DNA from: a virus
Taxonomy: Duplodnaviria; Caudoviricetes
Virus record (IMG/VR): IMGVR_UViG_3300033075_001021
Length of the DNA stretch: 64,000 nucleotides
Direction: 5' to 3' (one strand)
Shown: in pieces, positions 18,236-28,900 of the stretch
How the letters are laid out: the number at the start of each line of letters is the position of its first letter
How positions within the stretch are numbered: the stretch's first letter is position 1
Notes under the pieces: model-generated
What the model saw: only the letters and a program-made list of their open reading frames with translations
Databases searched by the model: none
What the model was told of the DNA's origin: nothing
Program-made: the position numbers and the translations under genes

Positions 18236-18724
18236 TTAGAATAATAAGATTGCTCTATCAAATCTAAGAGTAGCGGTAATCTGAGCGATACCATCGTCAT
18301 CCATGGCTAAGTCACCAAAACCGACGTTGGTTAACATGGTACCATCAAGTAACCATTTTTCAACAACAACACCAGTCGGGTCAAGCATTTCAAGCTCAAC
18401 AGGTCTTTTATAACCCACAGCATAACCTTGACGACCAGTGATAGATTCTGAGTGAAGACGTACCCATTCCATAATAGCTTGTGTAGCTGAAGGACCAATA
18501 GGGTCACGGAATGTTACATCAATACTTTCCCACGTAAATCGACCAATTACCCAAGTAGATGTATTTAAGAACTGAATTTCAGTTTCATTTTGTGTAATTG
18601 AAGGTCTTGATGCACTTTCTAACCACCATTGCTGAATACCCAAATCAGCTGGGAACGTAATAAGCCAACGATTTTTCCTTTTAGGTTCGTAAGGCAACGG
18701 CATTTTCATTAGTAAATCTGACAT
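18236..18724 (-). CDS. Major tail tube protein (T4 gp19-like)
   Basis: 162 aa; EPKRKNRW, ASRPSI, GRFTWESIDVTFRD, EMLDPTGVVVEKWLLDG...FGDL...ITATLRFD. Confidence 0.9.
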   Translation of the reverse strand: MSDLLMKMPLPYEPKRKNRWLITFPADLGIQQWWLESASRPSITQNETEIQFLNTSTWVIGRFTWESIDVTFRDPIGPSATQAIMEWVRLHSESITGRQGYAVGYKRPVELEMLDPTGVVVEKWLLDGTMLTNVGFGDLAMDDDGIAQITATLRFDRAILLF

Positions 18725-18787
18725 ATCTTTGTGTTTTTAAGTTAGTCTTTTATTTTATTATAAATATGTGGTTTTTAAGTTTTATTC

Positions 18788-21667
18788 TTAACCAAACATA
18801 ATTTTTTTGATTCTTTCCACACTCTCATCTATTTGTCCTTCAACATTTTCAATTGATTCAAATCTAGTTGTACCACCATTATTCATATAAGTATCCAAAT
18901 AATCATATCTACCTTTATATTTTTTTGGTTGGTCACCTTGTGATGTAGGCCCTTGTGGTTGCCCACCTTGTGGTGTAGACCCTTGTGGTTGTCCACCTTG
19001 AGAACCAGTTGCATTAGAAAGTTTTCCCTCTTTCTTTAATTTAGTTAAATATTGAAAAAGGTTCATTGCATTAGATAAGAATTTTAAAAGATTGGCTTTA
19101 AATCTACCCCTATCTTGGGCATCCCTTAAAAATGCTTTATTTGGATTTAGCATGTCATAAGCATCACCTTCTTCAACTTTATTAATATTTCCACCACCAA
19201 GGCCTGCCATCTTATCAATCATACTAGCAAATTTGTATTTTCCAGAGTATAATGTAATGAAAATATCATCAATAAAGGCTTTTAATGAATTTGCGGCTTT
19301 TGGATTATCAGCAGGTAAATTAAACATCTTTTTAAAATCTGTCGCCATAATTGGATTAGAATTAAAACTTTTTAAATGACCCGCCATTACCTTATCAGAA
19401 GACTTCATGTTCTTAATCCTATTCCTTAAGGACTCAATACGACGCATTATTTCTTCAAATGATTTTAATTTATCATATGATAAGTTTTTATTCAAAAATT
19501 GAACCATTCTTTTATCCTTAATATATTGACCTTCAAATAATTGTGATTCATTCATCTTTTTTAATGAGTCAGTTGGAACGGTAAATACATTTTTAGCAAT
19601 ATTTTGGGCCCTAACTTGGGTTCTACCATCACCTAATTTTGGATTAATAATTGTGACTGGTTGTCCGTTATAGTTATATGTATCACCAGCTTTCATTCCT
19701 TGATTATCCATTGCAGCACCAGTACCTACATTATCTGCGGAACGAGTTCCTAACATGTTTCTATTATTTACAATGAATTGGAATAGATTTCTAAGTGAGT
19801 TGTATAAGTCATCGCCTGATACTGAACCACTTGTGCCCGTTTTTCCACGTGGAACATCCCCATTTACAGCTGATGATGGACTAACTATTTCGCCCTGCGG
19901 TTCAATAATACCCGCACCACCATCAAGGTTTCTAATTGATTGATATAGGTCATTTAAGGTTTTGGCCCTAGATTGTTTTTGGCCCTTCATCCTCATAAGT
20001 TTAACCAAGGCACCAGCGGCTAATAGACCAATACCAATTGGACCTAACACAGCACCCAATCCTTTTGCGGCGGCATATCCAGCGCCAGTTTTTACGCCTG
20101 TCTTTACAACGGTCTTGGCAATTGCTTGTGGAATAATTTTTGTTAAAATAGATATTAAACTTCTACCAGCAATTGTTCCATAAAGAGTTGTATTTGTTGG
20201 AACAAGTTTACCTGTTCCAGATGATTGAGTTCCATCTTGGAACATAAAGTTAATATTTTGATGTGATGTTGGATTGTTAATCAACTCATGTAAACCTTTA
20301 GCTGCTTCCTGTGGACGCATCATAACCCCACCGTCTTGACATAATAGGTCAACACCTTTGTGGGCGTCACCACCACCAATTTGCTTAAGTGCATCGATAA
20401 ATTCACTAGTAGATGAATTAGCATTCAATTGATGATTTGTAACACGGCCCAATAATTTATAGACACCCTCACCTGGTTTAATATCATTAAACACTTGAGT
20501 GTGTTGTTGAATCATTTGGGTTGTATTTTCAGTATCGGTATAATTAAATGGTGTATCAAACAAATGCTTAAACCAATCAGTATTTACCAACCAATTAAAA
20601 GCACCAAGAGAAGCACCTATACCCATTAGTGTTAATGGAAGTTTATTAGACTTAAGAGTTTTCATTCTTTCACTATCAAAATCATCTCCTTGTCCTCTTT
20701 TGTTTTGTAAGTGCGTTCTAGCTAAACCAGCAAGTTTGGATTGTGGAACGTTGGTATGTTGTGGCGTTTCACCCGCCTGTGTTTGAAAATCATACCCAGC
20801 CTCATTAACGGTACCCCCTTTTCTTCTTATATCATTGATATTATAATACAAATCTTCCCACCATTCATCATCCTTTGTATAACTATTTGCAACTTCTTGG
20901 TTTATACCAGAGTCGCTAATATAAAGCGTTACAGCCATCTCAACATCGTTCTCAGTATATTCTTCTGGTAATCCATCTATAATGTGATTAGCCACGTTCA
21001 AACTTGACATCATCTTTTGGTCAATTGAAGAACCAATTCCTGAATTTGAATTATCTCTACCATACATTCCCCATGTCATATCTTGACCACCACTATCTTC
21101 ACCATATTCATCGATAGCCCAAGATTCATTAAGCTCATTAATCTCTTCTTCATTCAATGTAATTGTATTTCCCTCAATTTCATCAACAACAGAGTATACC
21201 GCTGTTAAATCAACATCCAAAAACTTCTTTACGTATTCCCTAAGGTCGTTAATAACACCATTAGCTGCATCAATCGGTAAATAACCTTCTTCATCGGGGT
21301 TCTTTTGAGTTGATACCACAATTGAATCGTAAACAGCTGAAATACTTAAAATGGTATTCAAAAACTCAACTTCCTTTTCGTTGTTCGGAAACTTAGGGTT
21401 TGTTTCTTTTATTTGAGCATCTAGATTAGCAATAACTTCATTACCTTTTTTGTTGATAATGTCTTGGATTCTTTGAGCCGCTTCTTGGTCAATCTTACCC
21501 TTCCCAAATATCTTACCGCCAGCCTTATAGCGTCCTAATTTAGAAAGACCATACTTTATCTTTTCCCAAGCACCTTCATCAAGTACTTCTGTTTCTTGTA
21601 TCATTTCGCTTAAAATGAGATTAACAACTTTAGCGTGTTGTTCTTCCGTTAAAATAATTTTAGGCAT
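18788..21667 (-). CDS. Large hypothetical protein, putative head-packaged/ejected protein with hydrophobic helices
   Basis: 959 aa; N-terminal KIILTEEQ, many (I/L/V)xE sites, two hydrophobic Gly-rich helices, C-terminal IDESVERIKKIM; own ATATTTAT motif at 21682-21689. Confidence 0.55.
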   Translation of the reverse strand: MPKIILTEEQHAKVVNLILSEMIQETEVLDEGAWEKIKYGLSKLGRYKAGGKIFGKGKIDQEAAQRIQDIINKKGNEVIANLDAQIKETNPKFPNNEKEVEFLNTILSISAVYDSIVVSTQKNPDEEGYLPIDAANGVINDLREYVKKFLDVDLTAVYSVVDEIEGNTITLNEEEINELNESWAIDEYGEDSGGQDMTWGMYGRDNSNSGIGSSIDQKMMSSLNVANHIIDGLPEEYTENDVEMAVTLYISDSGINQEVANSYTKDDEWWEDLYYNINDIRRKGGTVNEAGYDFQTQAGETPQHTNVPQSKLAGLARTHLQNKRGQGDDFDSERMKTLKSNKLPLTLMGIGASLGAFNWLVNTDWFKHLFDTPFNYTDTENTTQMIQQHTQVFNDIKPGEGVYKLLGRVTNHQLNANSSTSEFIDALKQIGGGDAHKGVDLLCQDGGVMMRPQEAAKGLHELINNPTSHQNINFMFQDGTQSSGTGKLVPTNTTLYGTIAGRSLISILTKIIPQAIAKTVVKTGVKTGAGYAAAKGLGAVLGPIGIGLLAAGALVKLMRMKGQKQSRAKTLNDLYQSIRNLDGGAGIIEPQGEIVSPSSAVNGDVPRGKTGTSGSVSGDDLYNSLRNLFQFIVNNRNMLGTRSADNVGTGAAMDNQGMKAGDTYNYNGQPVTIINPKLGDGRTQVRAQNIAKNVFTVPTDSLKKMNESQLFEGQYIKDKRMVQFLNKNLSYDKLKSFEEIMRRIESLRNRIKNMKSSDKVMAGHLKSFNSNPIMATDFKKMFNLPADNPKAANSLKAFIDDIFITLYSGKYKFASMIDKMAGLGGGNINKVEEGDAYDMLNPNKAFLRDAQDRGRFKANLLKFLSNAMNLFQYLTKLKKEGKLSNATGSQGGQPQGSTPQGGQPQGPTSQGDQPKKYKGRYDYLDTYMNNGGTTRFESIENVEGQIDESVERIKKIMFG

Positions 21668-21695
21668 ATTGTAATTTTCTTATAAATATCTTCTT

Positions 21696-21726
21696 AAAAA
21701 GAAAAACCCCTGAAATTCAGGGGTTT
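21696..21726 (-). terminator. Rho-independent terminator after the sheath gene
   Basis: AAACCCCTGA-ATT-TCAGGGGTTT followed by TTCTTTTT on the minus strand. Confidence 0.85.
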
Positions 21727-21743
21727 CTTATTTTTTTATTTGA

Positions 21744-24581
21744 TTAGATATTGTCAAATGAAGCACCAGTGTTCATGATATTAAATTCAATTTCAATGAA
21801 TTCAAGACTTCTGGTTGGCTTAAGGAATATCTTACCAGTTAATTGGTTTCTATCGATATCCTCAGGGTCATTGCTCAATACCACTCTAAAGTCTGTAAGA
21901 CCTCTTTCCGTTCTGATGTTATCCAAGATTGGATTAACAAGAGCTAAGAATTGGTTTCTTACAATTGTATCGTTTTGTTCGAACAACAATCTGATAGCAA
22001 CAGCAGAGATAAGCTTTCTAGCTTGAAGAAGTAATCTTCTAACATTGATTCTGTTAAGTGCAGAGTCTTTAACTTGAAGAGTCTTATTACCCCAAATCTT
22101 AATACCGTCAGATGTGAAGGTTGCGATTGGGTTAATTCTGTTCTCATAAAGAACGTCTCTCTCAGCCAATGTAAGCTTTTTACGTGCTTTTATAGCGTCA
22201 ACATCACCTCTTTGGATACCAGCAACAGCAAACCATGGGAATGCAATGTTATCGGTTAATGCAATGTTTCTTACCACATCTCTTGTAGGTGGAACATAAA
22301 TATAAACGTTGTTCTCAGCATCAAGGATTTGAATCCATGGCCAGTAAGTTGCGGTGTAGTTTGAATCATACATATCGTATAAGTTATCAGTAACATCACC
22401 AACATTTAACACACCACCAGAAGAGTCTGTATCAGGAGTTGTAACGATATACAATGAGTCAGCCCTATCCTCTTCAATCATTTCAATAGTTTGTTCAACT
22501 AAATTCGTGTTATCAAAGGTATCAATACCTGGTGTTGCAAACACGTTGATGTTAACAGCCTCAGGGTTTTTAAACGTCCAAATAGCTTCAAGGTATGCGT
22601 AGTAATCAGATGTAATACCCATGTCACCATTAGAAAGTGTTTTAGAGGTAAACACACCGCTAGATAAACCAGCTTGTCCTTTGGTACCATTGATAATAAA
22701 ACTATCTAAATTACTTCTTCTAGTTCTATATGCGTCCCATCCATCAAAACCACCGTAAAATGCACTTGTAAACTTACGAGCATATACTTTTTCATATGGA
22801 CCGTTAGCTAAACCACTTTCAGTTGTAAATGTCCAGTTACCTGTTTCAAATTCAAAAATAGGGTTGTAAGTTGCACCAGAGTTACCATTGATATAATATG
22901 TTACACCGTCAATAGTTGCCGTTGCAGCATTAATATCCATGTGGAAACCTTTTGTTAATCCAGTCCAATGGTCATAAGTTTGTCCAATTGGAACACCCTT
23001 ATAGTCAAAGAAGTCAGCATCAATACCTATGGTATTTGAAAGACCTAGATAATACTTACGTTTATTTTCAAATGTACCATATGTTTGTTTGTACATTATA
23101 TTTGGTGTCTGTACAGTTGTATTACTGTTGATTTGGTAATCCCTAACAGGGAAACCAACGAAACCAGCAGGGAAAGCGTCGCTTGTGTCAACAGTATCAT
23201 CCAATTCAACTAAAATGTAAGCTGATTTAGATGCGTATGTTCCATCAAGAGTACCAATTCTTCTAGCGATAAAGTTGTTAGAAGTTGGGTCCATTGTACA
23301 ACGAGTGAATGCTTCAAGTATGCTTGGTTGTGAATCAGTATCGTAGAATCCTCTAATATATACGTCAAATTCTTTAGTATCTGGCTTAATATTAGCAATA
23401 GAAACTTTAAACTGTTCGTTTGCAGCATTACCATCAGAAATAGTCCAGAATCTGAACAATCTTAACACCTTATTACCTCTTAATTCAGATACGAAGTAAG
23501 GGGTAACAGCTGGTTGATACTCTTGAAGGTAATCTTCAAAGCTATCTTGATATACAACTGGAGTTAGGTTAATACCTCTTATCTTTTCAGTTTGGTAATC
23601 ACTGTTAAACATGTTGTCGAATAATTCCTCAACATATATCGCAGTTTTACCGTCTTGAGGTGTTCTACCTAAAACTCTTGGTAAATAATTCTTTTGTGTT
23701 TTATCAAATGAACAAGAATAATTGAAATCACCCAAGGTAGTTGAATTACCACTTAATGAGAATGTACCTAACGGATTTGTTTCAGCCGCCGTAACACTTG
23801 GGTCAAAGATAACACTACCAGTAACTTGGAATGTCGGTACTTGAGTTGTAGCGTCAATAGAACCTCTTGAGCGTAAAAGCGCCACCAATTTATTTTCGAT
23901 ATCTGAATATCCAGTACCAACATCCTGAATTGTATAACCAGATGTTATACCAGTATAGGTACTACCAGTACTAGAAAGAATTGTTGATAATGTAAGACCG
24001 ACAGTTGCGGCTGTAAATGCATCACCTACCTTGACATATTCGCTTGAAACAACTGAGGTTTCACCACTAGTCATTGTCGCTAAGAAGTCAAATGTAATAG
24101 CACTTGTTGTGTATAGATAATTAAATAATGCGTCAGTAGAACTAACAGCAACCAATGTACCACCAGTTGTAGCGGTAAATGTTACAAGTGGGTCAACATA
24201 TGTTGTAGTTGCACTAATTGTGGTTGGGTCTAATGCTGCGTCTAAACTGATACCCCAGCTTGGACCTGCGTAATATCCAGAGAAACCTAAAATTCTTGTA
24301 ACGAACAATTGGTTTGACTGTGAGAGATATGATTTAGCAATGTATGGTAATTCATATAATGGCGCACCATTACCATCAGAGCCATTTACTAAGGTGTTGT
24401 CTAATCCACCAAAAAATGACTGGAACTCACCATAGTTGCTAATAAAAATTGGTTGGAATGCTGGCCCTTTGGTTGTCTCACCCACCAAACCCAACGTAGT
24501 AACACCTACTTGACGTGTTACGAAGGTTAAGTCTTTTTCTGAAGTGTAAACACCTGGACTAACGAATACTTTGTCTGCCAT
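21744..24581 (-). CDS. Tail sheath protein (T4 gp18-like)
   Basis: 945 aa; FVSPGVYTSEKDL, GETTKGPAFQP, YWPW, PWFAVAGIQRG, LYENRINPI, IWGNKTLQ...LNRINVRRLL, LLFEQND, KPTRSLEFI. Confidence 0.95.
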   Translation of the reverse strand: MADKVFVSPGVYTSEKDLTFVTRQVGVTTLGLVGETTKGPAFQPIFISNYGEFQSFFGGLDNTLVNGSDGNGAPLYELPYIAKSYLSQSNQLFVTRILGFSGYYAGPSWGISLDAALDPTTISATTTYVDPLVTFTATTGGTLVAVSSTDALFNYLYTTSAITFDFLATMTSGETSVVSSEYVKVGDAFTAATVGLTLSTILSSTGSTYTGITSGYTIQDVGTGYSDIENKLVALLRSRGSIDATTQVPTFQVTGSVIFDPSVTAAETNPLGTFSLSGNSTTLGDFNYSCSFDKTQKNYLPRVLGRTPQDGKTAIYVEELFDNMFNSDYQTEKIRGINLTPVVYQDSFEDYLQEYQPAVTPYFVSELRGNKVLRLFRFWTISDGNAANEQFKVSIANIKPDTKEFDVYIRGFYDTDSQPSILEAFTRCTMDPTSNNFIARRIGTLDGTYASKSAYILVELDDTVDTSDAFPAGFVGFPVRDYQINSNTTVQTPNIMYKQTYGTFENKRKYYLGLSNTIGIDADFFDYKGVPIGQTYDHWTGLTKGFHMDINAATATIDGVTYYINGNSGATYNPIFEFETGNWTFTTESGLANGPYEKVYARKFTSAFYGGFDGWDAYRTRRSNLDSFIINGTKGQAGLSSGVFTSKTLSNGDMGITSDYYAYLEAIWTFKNPEAVNINVFATPGIDTFDNTNLVEQTIEMIEEDRADSLYIVTTPDTDSSGGVLNVGDVTDNLYDMYDSNYTATYWPWIQILDAENNVYIYVPPTRDVVRNIALTDNIAFPWFAVAGIQRGDVDAIKARKKLTLAERDVLYENRINPIATFTSDGIKIWGNKTLQVKDSALNRINVRRLLLQARKLISAVAIRLLFEQNDTIVRNQFLALVNPILDNIRTERGLTDFRVVLSNDPEDIDRNQLTGKIFLKPTRSLEFIEIEFNIMNTGASFDNI

Positions 24582-24673
24582 ATTTTTTCTTTTGTTTTTT
24601 TAGGATTATTCTTGTTTATAATAAATATTCAAGAAAAACCGAAAAAAATGTTTGATTTATAAATATTTGAAAT

Positions 24674-25087
24674 TTACCCCAAAAGACTCTTATGGCTCAT
24701 AATCAAAGAAGAAGCGAGCAAAATTGACTTAATTACACCAGACCAAAACTCAGTATTTTTCTTAAAAACCTTCCTAAATAAGATATCGGTTTTAGCTGTT
24801 ATACCAACATAAAAAAATGGCTTTTTTAGGGCAACAACATGAACAACACCACCAAAAACAACCCAAAATAACATTAAAGAAGATATTGCTGCCCAGAAAC
24901 CAAAATAAATAAAAACCAAAATTGAAACATAAACAAATATTACAGCACCCGTTGTGTGCCAATACTTATTATACTTTGGATTATTGACCCTCTTATCTAA
25001 AATAAGAAAAGAGTTGTATAACCCAAGTAAAATTGTAAAAATTAAGACCATCCACATAACTATATTATTTTTTTCCACCATAACCAC
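24674..25087 (-). CDS. Membrane protein with 3-4 hydrophobic helices
   Basis: 137 aa with several long hydrophobic stretches; overlaps the upstream ORF. Confidence 0.65.
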   Translation of the reverse strand: MVMVEKNNIVMWMVLIFTILLGLYNSFLILDKRVNNPKYNKYWHTTGAVIFVYVSILVFIYFGFWAAISSLMLFWVVFGGVVHVVALKKPFFYVGITAKTDILFRKVFKKNTEFWSGVIKSILLASSLIMSHKSLLG

Positions 25088-25473
25088 CCAAACATTCTAA
25101 CAAATAAATACCTTAAGTAATTGTCAGTCTTATTTCTTTTATTGGTTAAATTAGACCAAAATAAAAGCTCCCTGTCAACTTGATATCTTGTCATATTGTG
25201 TGTTTCTTGGTGAATATAAAGATAATCATGTATTAATGTCCCAAATAATGCATCATTAAATGGTCTGACAATTGACCATAACCATTTTGGTACGGTTGCC
25301 ATATCATAACAAAAACCTTCTGGAATTGTTATGATAGATTTATTTGATAACATAACATGAATTGGTTTGGTTATCTTCCAATATTTCTTAGATTTGTAAC
25401 TATATATGTATGATTGCTGAATGACATCATCTTTCAACAACTTATTAATTACATTTTTTTCTGTAATAACCAT
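25060..25473 (-). CDS. DUF1353-family protein
   Basis: ITIPEGFCYDMATVPKWLWS...IHDYLY...VD..L...VRMFG is the DUF1353 pattern. Confidence 0.8.
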   Translation of the reverse strand: MVITEKNVINKLLKDDVIQQSYIYSYKSKKYWKITKPIHVMLSNKSIITIPEGFCYDMATVPKWLWSIVRPFNDALFGTLIHDYLYIHQETHNMTRYQVDRELLFWSNLTNKRNKTDNYLRYLFVRMFGWLWWKKII

Positions 25474-25485
25474 ACTAAAAATTTA

Positions 25486-25920
25486 TTAAATCTGATTCAT
25501 TAATTCATAACCCTGTTGAATCGCTGAATTTCTTAAAATAACGTTTTGGGTTATGTTGTAGGTTATATCAGCTGCTAATCTTTGCCAATAGGCGGTTTCA
25601 GGTAAATTCCCTTCACCGTCAGCTACCAATCCATTTGTCATCTCAGCGATTACACCCGCTTGAACTTGTGGCATTAACATATCCATCATCTCAGCATTAA
25701 TTGTTGCGGCTTGTCCTTCAGGTAAATATGTTAAAACTTTAAATATTTGTGTTACAAAGTAATGTGGAACACTAACAGTATACAAAGCTTCAAAATCTGT
25801 ATTACCAGATAATTGAGTCTTGATTGTTTGTATAAGACTAAAATATTGTCTTATTGTTGCATCTTTTAAATTATAAATGATGTAGTAATAATGTTTTGCT
25901 TTTAATTGAATCTGTATCAT
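25486..25920 (-). CDS. Hypothetical protein downstream of a fibre gene
   Basis: 144-aa ORF in the same orientation with short gaps on both sides. Confidence 0.65.
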   Translation of the reverse strand: MIQIQLKAKHYYYIIYNLKDATIRQYFSLIQTIKTQLSGNTDFEALYTVSVPHYFVTQIFKVLTYLPEGQAATINAEMMDMLMPQVQAGVIAEMTNGLVADGEGNLPETAYWQRLAADITYNITQNVILRNSAIQQGYELMNQI

Positions 25921-25938
25921 ATTTATTTTTTTTTTTTA

Positions 25939-28900
25939 TTATGCTATGTTTATTATCATTTGACCTTCAATACGTCTAGCCGTTGCATTTGTCCATGCTG
26001 AAAAGTTAGTATCATTCGCACCATTCGCCACTTCAACAACGTTAGTACCAGCTACTATACGCCATAACATTGTGGCTTGTGTTGTACTATTTACACCATG
26101 AATTATACCACGTTGTTCACCAGCCCAAGAACTAGCATTAAACGGTAGCGTAAATGATGTTGTTGTACCAGAACTATTTGGTGACGCACATCTGAAATCA
26201 AATTGTACAAACATGGTTTTACCCATAACCATATATTGGATTTGTTTAGTTGTTAAACTAGTTAAACCTGTTATACCAACAATAGCACTGTAATCAGTCC
26301 AACCCGTAAAATCAGACCTTGTAATTGTAGTAGTACCACCAGTATTGTTATTAAGGACAACCTGTGAAGTTGAATACGTACCACCAGTTGTTACCACATC
26401 TGTTATACCCGTAACAGTAAAGGTACCACCAGTATTATTTGTTAATGATAACGTTCTTGTGCTTTGATTAAATGTACCACCAGTTGTTACCACATCTGTT
26501 ATACCCGTAACAGTAAAGGTACCACCAGTATTATTCGTTAAAGTAAGTATACCAGATGATTTAGTATACGTACCACCAGTTGTAAATATATCCGTTGGTA
26601 AATTTTGATATGTAGTAGCACTTATTGTTGTACCGTTAATAAATTTATTTCCATTAACCCATAAACCAGTATTATCAATTTTCATTACTTCAGTTCTATT
26701 TGTAGAACCAGATGTTGTTGAATTAAATGATAAATAAGTACCCTGATTAGTCGATGACCAGTTTTCAGAAGCTATTAATGATATATTGGCTTTACTTGTT
26801 GAGGTAAATCCTGTTCCAAAGTAACCTCTACCACCAAATACACCGATTGTGTCTCCACTTTGTATAGCTGAAGGTGTTGTTGATGTACCTCTTGATTTAT
26901 AAGAAATAAATCCAGCGGAATTAGTATCGTTAGCATAACGATATAATGATATTTCATGTCCACTTGTGATACCTGTTATTGTGTATGAATTTGCTGTTAT
27001 GCTTGTTGCACTAAGACTAATAAATTTACCAAACCCATTACCGTCAATACTTGAAGTCGTTACATTCGAACCATTTTGACCTTCAAATATATTATCAGTA
27101 TCGGCAGTTGACCCCCTTTGAATTGTTAATGCCCCTCTAGCACTATCTGTTATAATTTCTGGTGTGTTAGAATTATCATAAGTCTGTTGTAATGTCAACG
27201 TACTAACCCCAATAGAACCAGCTAACGATTCACCAAATTTAGAAACAGGTAAAAATATTGCGTTTGTACTATTTGAAAGGTCCGTACAACCCTTTGTTAC
27301 TGATAATATACCAATGAGAATAGCCGCAGCAGATACATTTGAATATTGTGTGAATGTTTCAGTTGTGTGTGCCGCAATAGCATTGGACAATGATGTGTAA
27401 ATAGTTTGACCATATTGTACAATAACATTACCATTTGGAAATAAATAAATACGTTGATTTGTCGCTGCATTACTTGAGCCAGGAATTGTAGTAATCACAC
27501 CACCAACATCATATTTTGTTGGGTCGATATCAGTAATAGTTGTACCAGTACCACCTGTTTGTGTTCTATATTTAAAGGATACTGGCGTTGCAGATGGTGT
27601 ATTTACCTTATTAGGGTTACTGAAATCATTTCTAGCATTGACACCTAAACCAAATAAATAACCATTAGCCTTGTTAAATTTAAGATTAGCTCCATTTGGT
27701 GATAACCCATTACCAGTATTAATAAGATGAAGTTCGGAAATAACATCAAGAACCTTGGCGTTCGCACCCTCATACGTAGTAGTAAACGAATTAACATTAC
27801 CAATACTTGTTAAATTGGTGTGCCCAAGTTGTCCAAGTAAAATAATTTGTCTTCGTTGACTATTTGTTGGTTCAGTTGAATATTGTACTAACGTACCAGT
27901 TTTATCAATACCAATATAAGATAATGTTGACGATGAAAGATATGTTAGAGTAACCCCTGTTTGTGCAGAAATACTTACAGGATAAAGCGTTGGTTGTCCT
28001 GGGGTTGTCCACCAATCAACAATATATCCAACACCACTTGTTATATTAAATGTTGCAGTATTAGCACTATTAATTGTTATAACAGCACCAGAAATAAGAC
28101 CGCTAGCAAAATCTCTAGTCAAAACCGATATTAAACTATTACCACTAATTGTATTTGCAATTGTGTTACCTGTAGCTGCTGAAAGAGCTATAAATGTTCC
28201 ACTTGAATTTATTCCAGCTAAAGCCGATGAGGTACCAGAAAGTGCATTTACGGTAACATTTGTTGTTGCTGTAATACCTGTAAACGTCTCAATTCTGGTC
28301 GATACTGTTCCACCAGTACTATTTGTTAAGGTTAATGAATTATTTGTAAACGTACCACCAGTAATCAAGACATTTGAACCGCTTGTTGTACCAGTTGTAA
28401 AACCAGTTACTGTAACTGTACCGCCAGTACTATTTGTTAAAGTCAATGTACCGTTTGAATATGTACCACCAGTAATTAAAATACTTGTACCACTTGTTGA
28501 GCCGCTTGTTGTACCAGTTGTAAAACCAGCTATACTAACAGTACCACCAGTACTATTAACCAACGATAATGTACCATTCGAATATGTACCGCCAGTAATA
28601 AATTGACCAGTTACGGCTGAAACAGCCATCGTATGCACAATACCACTAACATCAACATTTAATAGCGTGTTATTAACCTCATTAATAAGACCCTGTACCC
28701 TTAATGGGTCGGTTGCAGCTGATATATGCAACTTATTAGTTGGTGAACCTGTAATACCAATACCTGTGTTATCCCCAGCACTATTAAGTAAGTTATTACC
28801 TGTAGTATTTTCAAATGCAATGTTGGTTCCTTTTAATGTTTGACTAAATGTTGGGTTATAGTAAAATCCACGTATAGTTGATGTGTTTGCTGATGCTTGG

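Noticed and set aside
3010-24581. Extracellular contractile injection system or tailocin
   Set aside because: Neck proteins, SSB, DNA polymerase and helicase are interleaved, indicating a complete phage.
24674-25473. Lysis cassette (holin plus endolysin)
   Set aside because: The membrane protein could be holin-like, but DUF1353 has no established lytic role and no endolysin is adjacent.
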